Made by a program: the position numbers and the translations under genes
The notes under the pieces: model-generated
What the model saw: the letters and a program-made list of their open reading frames with translations, nothing else
The model's database searches: none
What the model was told of the DNA's origin: nothing
From: Flectonema sp. DT1601
Taxonomy: Eukaryota
Direction of reading: 5' to 3'
Assembly (NCBI GenBank): GCA_964019425.1
Contig: OZ025801.1
Span: forward strand, 496,001 to 560,000
Length of the DNA stretch: 64,000 bases
Shown here: positions 1 to 9,300 of the stretch, piece by piece
Position numbering within the stretch: position 1 is the stretch's first letter
How the letters are laid out: each line of letters opens with the position of its first letter

Positions 1-95
1 TGGATAAAGCTAATGGTAGGTGTGATGCCAAAAACATTATTTTTTTTTCGTTCCTACAATACTTGTTAAATGCAAAAAGAAATCATAACACATAC

Positions 96-185
96 CACAT
101 AGTCTTCCTCAGGTGGTGCTTTGTGTTTTTGTTCCCATCTTTCGATTGATAAGATAGAACTTTCTGGTACACCTAATCGCTGCAT
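96..185 (-). CDS. Probable exon of a gene running off the left edge (MQRLGVPESSILSIERWEQKHKAPPEEDYV)
   Basis: 30 open codons from ATG at 185 ending at a GTATGT donor at 95; an AACAACAG acceptor-like site lies just upstream. Confidence 0.35.
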
Positions 186-346
186 AGTGTCTCTGTTGTT
201 GTTTATTAGTATTAAGAGCCTATTTCAGGGGGGTGGTAGCTAGATAATGTATTACACTCGTACATAACTAAAATAATGTTAGTTTTAACATCCAGGAATC
301 TGGTAGTTCGGGGGGCCACGTACTACAAGTTGCGTCTTGCAGTTCG

Positions 347-725
347 TTACAACGGAGCCTTTCTGTTAAAACAGGTCAGGAAAAAAAAAAAAAAAAACAT
401 ACTTATAAGAGAGGTACTGACGTTGTTGGTAAAGCTCCGATCTCAGAGCGTTTGTTACTTCTCCAGGTTTCAAAGATGATTTCTTTTGGTGATCTTCCTC
501 AATCTTACTCATGGTTTCAAAATATTTATCAGCATCGATATGACTAGTCTCCTGTGATATGGTTCCCATCACTGCCATCGCCCCTGCCATATTACCCGAC
601 GAGCCCTCTGCAATAGATAACTTTGTCGTTGTATACATATTTGGTTTTTCCCATGTTTTTGGGTCAGTAAATTTTTTATTCGCCACTCTCTGCATTTCAT
701 GCGCCCTTGCCATTGAATTTCCCAT
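347..725 (-). CDS. Small hypothetical protein, possible N-myristoylation (MGNS); one intron 363-402
   Basis: ORF 366..725; splicing GTATGT...TAACAG gives the C-terminus YLSYKKAPL*. Confidence 0.55.
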
Positions 726-1559
726 ATTTTTTTTGCTATGATAATTAAGACCTGATAAGGTTGATGAAGGAAATAATTGGACTCCAACAGTGTGTTGGGC
801 ATTGACCCTCCCTCTTCCACACGTAATATTTAGCTAAGAGTATCGTGTCAGTTCATGGTTCTTTTTTTTTTTTTTTTTTGGTGTGCTTCTAACAAAAAAA
901 ACAAAAAAAAAAAAAAAACAATAAAAAATCACAGGAAATGCTGCAACAACCAACCAAACGGAGATTTTTTTTTTTTTTTCGACAAGAAAACACTTTTTTT
1001 TTTTGGAGGGGTGCCGCTTTTACGACAACTGTAATCTTCCCTCATAAGGCATTCAGAAGGCATCATTGCCGACCAAAGTACCCTCGTTCGTTGACTGCTT
1101 TAATGCTAAGCATCTGGGGATAAGGGAGTAAACAGGAAAAAAAAAAAAGACAAAGGGGGAAAGACTTCATTTTTCTTTTATCATGTCGTACTATGGCTAT
1201 TTAAGAAGAAAAATAAAACCTTCGTGTGCTTTTTTTTCTGTTATTGCATCTCTTTTTTTTTTTTTTTTTTTTAAAATTTAAAATCATCATTTTCTTTTTA
1301 TTTTTTTTTTTTAAATTCAGTTATTTCTTCTCGGTTAAAAGTTTTTTTTTTTTTTTTTTTTTTTTTTTCTTCTTTTCCATTGTGAGCGTGAGGGAACAAG
1401 GGTTGAAATGCCACTCTCAAAAGGAAGAGCAACATCCCAAAGTACTAGTACTGGGCTACACACTATAATCAGATCATAACAAAATTACTCTTTTCCATTC
1501 GTTAGCGAAATAAAGCGTCATCTCACGTTACACGGAACTACACAACAATATCAAGTCTT

Positions 1560-3106
1560 TTAAGAAACCAATCTACCTAGAAAAATAACAGAGCAGAATA
1601 AGCACATGAATGCTGTAATTAAGTAAAATGGTTCCCAAATAAGATCAAAAGTAGTGAACTTAAATATAACTTCAAGCTCTTCATTCCTTTCTGGGGAAGC
1701 AAGCATTTTATCGTTTAAGATGATGACGGTACGTCCAGTGTAATCAAGGTAGGTAGCTCTGATTTCAATGTCGTAGTCTTCAATTTGCTTTCCTCCAACC
1801 TTTACAATTGGAGCTGGTACACCTTCTGGAAGAACAATCTCAACCTTCATATCCTCAACAATCAAGTCTTTCATTGGAGATGCGTATGGTACTTTCAATC
1901 TGTTCATTCCATCAGCAGTCTTGTGTAAGACATTTTCTAAAGCAAGGTTGTAGCCGTAGTAGAATCTGGTTGTCCATCCTCCAAAGAGAGGAAATCTTTG
2001 CTGAAAGATGACTTCCTTTGTCTTTGTGTCTCTGTCGACATGCATAATACGAGATGTACTGATATTTCCAATATCATCACGGAAGTAGATATCTTCAGCT
2101 CTTGCTGGAAGGGTTGCGTGTAGAGAGTTGAATGAAGCTGGAGCACTTCCCTTAGTGTAGTCGAGTCTACTGAAAGATCCCTTCAATTTAGCACCACGAT
2201 GTTCAATTGCGTACCATTCTTCAACAGCAAGGTTTCCCCACATTGAAACTTCCAAAACTCTTTTAAGTGTTGGTGCGACAATGTATGGTTTGTTGTTCGT
2301 GAAGTGAACTCTGAGAGGAGCAGTAGCCATTGGGGCGACATCTCTGTACTCACCAAAAACAATAACATCCTTATTGTGAGCAACAGGAGATGGAGTCTCA
2401 GAGTACGACTCAACTCTTGACGATGGCATCTTGAAAGTAGTGCTTTGCTTAAGAGTTTTGTAAGGTGACAAGAAGTACGCATTCTCATTAAAGTCAACCA
2501 TCTGTTGTTCTCCTTGGCGGACTGTTTTTTTTTTTTTTTTTTTTAATTCATAAGGCGACTTACAAAAAAAAGCACATTCTAGAAGAAATACATACTAGTA
2601 GCTGGAAGTGCTCTCAACGCCTCCCCCAACGAACATCTCATTTTAATAGTGACTGATTCACCAGCTCCAACAGGCTTGTTGAGGGTCAATTTATAAAATA
2701 CATTTCCCTCTTTTCTCGATGATTCGGTGATCGACACCTCTGCCTTATCAACCTTAGCACTGTTAGTTTGTTTGTTGTTACTATGCATAGCCTGAGTGGA
2801 TTTGCTTGCTGAAAGAAAAGATAAGAAACATACACCATCTTTGCAATATTCGTAAGGTTGCTCTCTGGAATGATCCACTGCAGGTCACTGCTGGCGGAAG
2901 ATCCAGTGTTGGTGACAGTAGCTGTTTTTTTAAATTTATATTTCGGAAAATAGGGGGGGAAGAAAAAAAAAATCAGAGAAATACAAACCACTAGTGATGG
3001 TTCTCACAATTTGTGATGTTGCATCAATTTTCCTCTCAACGTTCTTGTTCTCCCACTGCGCAGCAACCGTAGTTGCCACGAGGCATACCAACACTGCCCG
3101 CAGCAT
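1560..3106 (-). CDS. RPN1: Ribophorin I (oligosaccharyltransferase subunit 1); introns 2522-2595, 2760-2833, 2922-2988
   Basis: Signal peptide MLRAVLVCLVATTVAA; family motifs EVSMWGNLAVEE, FSRLDY, YFRDDIGNISTS, RFPLFGGW; C-terminal TM; three GT-AG introns restore one continuous frame. Confidence 0.95.
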
Positions 3107-3358
3107 TGTTATTATAATATCTGTCATTTGGGGGTGTTGTAATGTTTTGAATACATTTATGAAAAAATAAATATCTGTATTGTATCACAGGTACGATACA
3201 TTGTTGACTAAAGGTAATGTTAGTATAATATCTACTTTGGGGAGGGGATCTTTGTTTAGAATTTCAACGAAACATAATTACAGCTTTTTTTTTAAACAAC
3301 AATTTGAAAATTTAAAAAAAAAAAAAAGGGAATCTAAACAGGAACAATGCGGGTTTCA

Positions 3359-3847
3359 TCAGCTACCATACGCGCTAAGTGATTGTTCGGGAGATTCATG
3401 TCGTTGCTCAGGAAGTGATACACCAGAAGGTGGATTAAAAAGAGATTGAGAAGGGACTTGAGGAGATGTGTAATGCTCTTTCCAATCAGAGAGACGAGCA
3501 GCTACGTTTTCACATCGCAAGCCTTCGATTCGCTTATCGATATATCCCTGGTGGTCAATCATTTGTTGTCGGTATTGAGTTGCTAGTTGTTTTTGATATG
3601 TCATAACTCGCTGTTCTAGTTCTTTAACCCGTCTTAGGATCCCTTCTCGTTCTCCTGACCAACCTTTTCGCTCCAGTTCGATTCTCTCACAGAGTTTTTG
3701 AAATCTAAATTCGTCTTCTTTCTTTCTTTGTCTTCTATTTATCCAATCCATGATTAATAAAGCAAAAATTGTTGCGACACTATTAGCAATTAAACACATG
3801 ACCATTCCAACTCTGTTGAATGAATTACCTTCTATGACATCATCCAT
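3359..3847 (-). CDS. Hypothetical single-TM coiled-coil protein
   Basis: 162-aa ORF with an N-terminal hydrophobic helix followed by a charged heptad-like region. Confidence 0.7.
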   Translation of the reverse strand: MDDVIEGNSFNRVGMVMCLIANSVATIFALLIMDWINRRQRKKEDEFRFQKLCERIELERKGWSGEREGILRRVKELEQRVMTYQKQLATQYRQQMIDHQGYIDKRIEGLRCENVAARLSDWKEHYTSPQVPSQSLFNPPSGVSLPEQRHESPEQSLSAYGS

Positions 3848-4439
3848 GTTATTATTTATTGATTTTTATGAGTTACTGATTTTTTTTAAATAAAATTAAA
3901 TCTACTACTGCTTGTCAGAGCACTAATCTCGTTGTGTGTTTTTTTTTTTTTTTTTTTTTTTTCGAGCTTATCTATTACACAAGTATACCGAGTTAGATTA
4001 AAGGATATGATGAGTCTCATGCTTCTGCAATTCCCATGGAATATCGCGTCTAGCTGCGGTCTTCATCGATCCCAGAGTCAAGACAGAATTAAGGAAAAAA
4101 AAAAAAAAAAAAGGGAAAAAAAAAAAAGAGAGGAAGATATGCAACTATTATAACAAACAGTTGCAGAGTTTATCAAAAAATAGAAAACATAAAAAAAAAA
4201 AGCAGAACAGATGACAATTAAAATAAGTCAAACAAGTCTATCCATAGGGTAAGACAATAAGAGAAGAAAAATTAAATTAACAACTGCTTGCTATTTTACA
4301 AGAACGAAAAAATTACAACCAGTGCTCTGAATGACCGCAGTGCACCAGTTGCCTATTAGTCGTCAGTTTTTTTTTTTTTTTTTTTTTTTGTGTGCCGCAC
4401 GACTCGAAGGTCTATGTTAGTAGTCAGCTAAGCGTAATA

Positions 4440-4575
4440 ATTCGTCCAATGTTTGTGCGCAAAGCAGGGGGGTGAAACTTTGACAATGTAAAAACAGTAA
4501 CAACTTTACGTATTAAAAACAAAATTAATATCAAGTACTTGACTGAAGAATATTTTGTAGTTATTAATCAAAGAA
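4440..4575. repeat. Dispersed repeat, similar to 37550-37640
   Basis: Shared gtgaaa(c/t)tttgacaa...gtaacaa...gtattaaaaa...aattaatatcaa(a)gtactt(g/a)actg. Confidence 0.65.
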
Positions 4576-4837
4576 AAATCAAATGAATCTTCGATTATAT
4601 TATTATTCATTTTAATTACGTAGACTAGGAACCAAAAAGTCAGGAAAAGGCTCACAAAATATATCATAGGTATTTAAAAAACAAAACAAAAAAAAATTAA
4701 TATCAAAAAAAAAGTACTTGATTAAAAAGTATTTCTAATTGTTAATCAAAGAAAAGATGGCGTTTAGAAGAAAGAACATAAAAAGGAATTTTTTTTTTTT
4801 TTTTTTTTGTAAGTGAATTGAATCATTACTCTATTAC

Positions 4838-5357
4838 CAAGCTCAAAGGAATAACAATCTCTCTGACAATCTTCTTGACCAGCATCAACAGTAGCGTAGT
4901 AAATGACTTGTAAATAAATAAATAATGTCACTTGACTTGTCTATGCTACCGTGACAATTTCTTATAAAACTCACGAGTATTTAAAATAATTATTATAGCC
5001 AACGAAGACCAGGGAGGGAGGGGCGGCTTTATGTCATCTGATGGTGTTTGATACGAGAGAACCGTATTAAAAGTAGTTTAAAGATGGAAGCGAAACACGT
5101 TATGAAATAAACGTAGCTCATCTTACTAATCTTGCTACTGATAAAAATCCTAAAATAAAAAAGGATACGCGATAACCCGCATTTACAGTCAACAGCTGGT
5201 AAGTGGCAAAGTGCCCTTCCCTCGCTACACTCCACTCCCCCTAGCTGTCACAAATGTAAATCGAAATGCCCTTCATGGCTCATGGCTAGTCACTGCAAAT
5301 AAACTCTTCGGGGGCGAAATAAGAGAGGGGAAAGAACGATTGTCTTCGGTCATGCTG
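4838..5357. repeat. ~500-bp dispersed repeat family A (other copies 20907-21420 and partial 52747-53052)
   Basis: Colinear shared blocks: gctcaaaggaataaca, gcgtagtaaatgacttg, cactccactcccctagctgtca, aaatgcccttcatggct, gtcttcggtc. Confidence 0.85.
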
Positions 5358-5393
5358 TTTTTTTTTTTTCTGAGCTAAGTTCCTGTGAATTGG

Positions 5394-5570
5394 GAGCTCA
5401 CGACACTGTAGATGCGAAGGGAAGAAGGAGTCGAGGTCAGAACGGTCCAACGGCCACCGAGTTGGTTACAAGATGGTCCATTATCAGCTCTGTCGGAGGA
5501 AGGTCTCAGAGGAAGCATTACTCCGACAGCTACAGTTTCGGGAGTCCCGGTTCGAATCCGGGTGGGTTCA
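5394..5570 (+). ncRNA. Structured segment ending in a tRNA-like T-arm/B-box; probably retroposon- or SINE-derived
   Basis: CCCGG-TTCGAAT-CCGGG T-arm at 5546-5562; possible stems GAGCTCA/TGGGTTC, CGACACTGTAG/CTACAGTTTCG, CTGTCGGAG/CTCCGACAG. Confidence 0.4.
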
Positions 5571-5857
5571 GTTTGTAAAGTAAAACGGAGAGAGAGTGTA
5601 AGTAACCACATTTCAGTTCGTGGTAGCGGAGCAGACTTACTCAAGAATTTCATCTCGAGATGTCTATTTTTAAACTACCGATGTGCAGAATTACAAAAAG
5701 AAAAAAACTGCAAAAAAAAAGTTCTGTTAAATTTTTCATTTTCATTGTTCGATTAGGGTTACTTTCTTTGTTTTGTTCTTTGCAAACACACGCAAACCTA
5801 CGGTTTCGTACATAAACAAAAAACAGCTTTTGTAGTTTTCTGTATAGCTTAAAGCTG

Positions 5858-5891
5858 AATTTAAGCTAACTATATATAGTTAGCTTAAATT
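5858..5891. repeat. Perfect 34-bp palindrome
   Basis: aatttaagctaactata|tatagttagcttaaatt equals its own reverse complement. Confidence 0.95.
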
Positions 5892-5920
5892 AGATAGTGT
5901 TTGATTAGAACGGAAACAGG

Positions 5921-6005
5921 CCTATAAGGTAAAGGGTGTTAACGTTACGTTGCCAACAATTCTCTTTCGCTCGTAAAACATGTCTTTGAGATGAAAAAAA
6001 AAAAA
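5921..6005 (+). repeat. Dispersed repeat family B (inverted copies 16388-16462 and 60993-61075)
   Basis: cctataa..taaagggtgttaacgttacgttgccaacaattctc..cgctcgtaaaacatgtctt is nearly identical in three places, each starting at CCTATAA. Confidence 0.9.
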
Positions 6006-6327
6006 GAACGAAAACGAAACAGGAAAAGAAGGGAAAAAAACGGCCAACATATGGTGCATGTATTGATACAAACTAATAATAAAATAGTTTTTTTTTTTGC
6101 GGCTTCTAACTGAGAAGTATTGCTGGGATTCCAAACACTCTAAGCGGTTGCCCGCAGAGAGCTCTCTCCCCCCAGCTCGTTGAGTAAACCATAAAAATCT
6201 ATTTTTCTCAAATTCAGGTGACTAGCATGTGATGCCAACCTCCCGATTTCGGACGGAAATGAACCGAATGATGCGGCGCATTAAACCATTGTCTAGAATT
6301 GACTGATATATAAGATTTATGACATTC

Positions 6328-9300
6328 TTACAGTTGATCACCACCTGTATTCACATCGGTTTGGATTGGAAGTGCTGTACTGATTTCTACTTTCACATGA
6401 TCATCCCCTTGGTTAGGGGGATTTGGTTCATTAGATATCTTCTTCTTCTTCTTACAATAAAATACCACCGCTGCCAAGATTACTAATATTAAAACAACTT
6501 GACTGGCTAGTACAGCAATTAGAATAGTATTCGATGAGCTGCTTTCTTCATCACCTGAATGACACGTGACGACTGCCGAACCTGTCGCAAACCTGATAGT
6601 ATAACCAACAGCACACTCTGTTATAAAACATTTTTTTTCACTATAAATTCCAACACCATTTCTTGCCTTACATTTTTCCGTCGTATCTGGTATGGGGTGC
6701 AATCTGAAAGCCCATTGTGGTCCAAAAACAGTTTCATTTTTTAGTTGATTTTTCAACTTACTTTTTATAGTATCGATGTTTCCGTTCTCTGTGTTACCCA
6801 CAACGAGAAAGTGAATCGATCCACATTCGTATGAGACTCTTGCATTGTCATCATTCATAACACTTCTTAAAGTGTTGGTTAAGTGAGTTTGTTCTGCTTC
6901 TCCAAAGTTAGAACAGTTTCCGAACCCAAATGTTCCTCTTAAGATGCTCTGCTTGGTAATCTCACTCATATTGCCGTTGTCATTGTTTTGCTGATTGTAG
7001 CATTTGCCATTGACGCAAACTTCTGCTGCGTTGCTGTTGCAGAAGGAAAGACCACATGCAACCATTGCTGGCTGTTGGGATTTTTCAGTACAGAGCTTCC
7101 TACCATTAGAACCAAATACACAATCTTCATTTGGCTCACAGAAAGTATTCAATTCACCACATGAGGCTACGCATGTAAACACACCTGTAGCATTCTCATA
7201 TTCACATCGTTCTGTTGTTGTACAAATTTGGGTACCACACAAAGTTAGTTGATCTATACATTGAGAATTTCCTGAGCAAAACTGCTTCTCACTATCACAA
7301 GTAGTTCCTCCACAGGATTGTTTCTCTTCTTTTGTGATACACTCAAATACTCCGCCGTTCAATTCACAATTTTCATTCTGTGTACAGTTGCTGCAAGGAT
7401 TTCTTATTGTCGTACATTCATATTGATTAGCTATGACGTTATACTCACACCTCTGACTACCACTGCAAACTGATCCGTTACAATTTCTTGAAGTACTCAA
7501 TGCAGAAGTCTCATTGCTGTCGTTGTTACCGTTCCCGTCACTCGGGGCGTTATTCACAGACGGGTTGTCATCAAATGGGGTGTCGCCAGATGGGTTGACA
7601 CCAGACGGGTTGTCATCAAACGGGGTGTCGGCAGAAGGGTTGTTATTACCACCAGATGTGTTGTTCACGGACGTGTTATTACCACCTGATGTGTTGTTCA
7701 CGGACGTGTTATTACCACCTGATGTGTTGTTCACGGACCTGTTATTACCACCTGATGTGTTGTTCACGGACGTGTTATTACCACCTGATGCGTTGTTCAC
7801 GGACGTGTTATTACCACCTGATGTGTTGTTCACGGACGTGTTATTACCACCTGATGCGTTGTTCACGGACGTGTTATTACCACCTGATGTGTTGTTCACG
7901 GACGTGTTATTACCACCGGATGCGTTGTTCACGGACGTGTTATTACCACCTGATGCGTTGTTCACGGACGTGTTATTACCACCTGATGTGTTGTTCACGG
8001 ACGTGTTATTACCACCTGATGTGTTGTTCACGGACGTGTTATTACCACCTGATGTGTTGTTCACGGACGTGTTATTACCACCGGATGCGTTGTTCACGGA
8101 CGTGTTATTACCACCTGATGCGTTGTTCACGGACGTGTTATTACCACCTGATGTGTTGTTCACGGACGTGTTATTACCACCTGATGTGTTGTTCACGGAC
8201 GTGTTATTACCACCTGATGTGTTGTTCACGGACGTGTTATTACCACCGGATGCGTTGTTCACGGACCTGTTATTACCACCTGATGCGTTGTTCACGGACG
8301 TGTTATTACCACCTGATGTGTTGTTCACGGACGTGTTATTACCACCTGATGCGTTGTTCACAGAACCATTCCAATGACCAGTTGTGTTCCAGTTGTCTGA
8401 AGTGTTGTTCCAGTGACCAGTTTTGTTCCAGTTGTCTGAAGTGTTGTTCCAGTAACCAGTTGTGTTCCAGTAGTCGGAAGTGTTGTTCCAGTGACCAGTT
8501 TTGTTCCAGTTGTCGGAAGTGTTGTTCCAGTGACCAGTTGTGTTCCAGTTGTCTGAAGTGTTGTTCCAGTGACCAGTTGTGTTCCAGTAGTCGGAAGTGT
8601 TGTTCCAGTGACCAGTTGTGTTCCAGTAGTCGGAAGTGTTGTTCCAGTGACCAGTTTTGTTCCAGTTGTCTGAAGTGTTGTTCCAGTGACCAGTTGTGTT
8701 CCAGTAGTCGGAAGTGTTGTTCCAGTGACCAGTTGTGTTCCAGTTGTCTGAAGTGTTGTTCCAGTGACCAGTTGTGTTCCAGTAGTCGGAAGTGTTGTTC
8801 CAGTGACCAGTTTTGTTCCAGTAGTCGGAAGTGTTGTTCCAGTGACCAGTTGTGTTCCAGTAGTCGGAAGTGTTGTTCCAGTGACCAGTTGTGTTCCAGT
8901 TGTCTGAAGTGTTGTTCCAGTGACCAGTTGTGTTCCAGTAGTCGGAAGTGTTGTTCCAGTAACCAGTTGTGTTCCAGTTGTCTGAAGTGTTGTTCCAGTG
9001 ACCAGTTGTGTTCCAGTAGTCGGAAGTGTTGTTCCAGTGACCAGTTGTGTTCCAGTTGTCTGAAGTGTTGTTCCAGTGACCAGTTTTGTTCCAGTTGTTG
9101 GAAGTGTTGTTCCAGTAACCAGTTGTGTTCCAGTTGTCGGAAGTGTTGTTCCAGTAACCAGTTGTGTTCCAGTTGTCTGAAGTGTTGTTCCAGTGACCAG
9201 TTGTGTTCCAGTTGTCTGAAGTGTTGTTCCAGTGACCAGTTGTGTTCCAGTTGTCTGAAGTGTTGCCCCAGTGACCAGTTTCGTTCCAGTTGTCGGAAGT

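Noticed and set aside
3206..3224. Short match tgactaaaggtaatgttagt also at ~61716; likewise 16930-16976 versus 50025-50073
   Set aside because: Too short to define an element; probably old repeat debris
5495..5515. GGAAGGTCTCAGA resembling RNase P RNA CR-I
   Set aside because: No complementary CR-V strand to form P4
5529..5539. GCTACAGTTTC resembling part of a euglenozoan spliced leader
   Set aside because: Only 11 nt, with no TGTACTTTATTG-GT continuation; not an SL RNA gene
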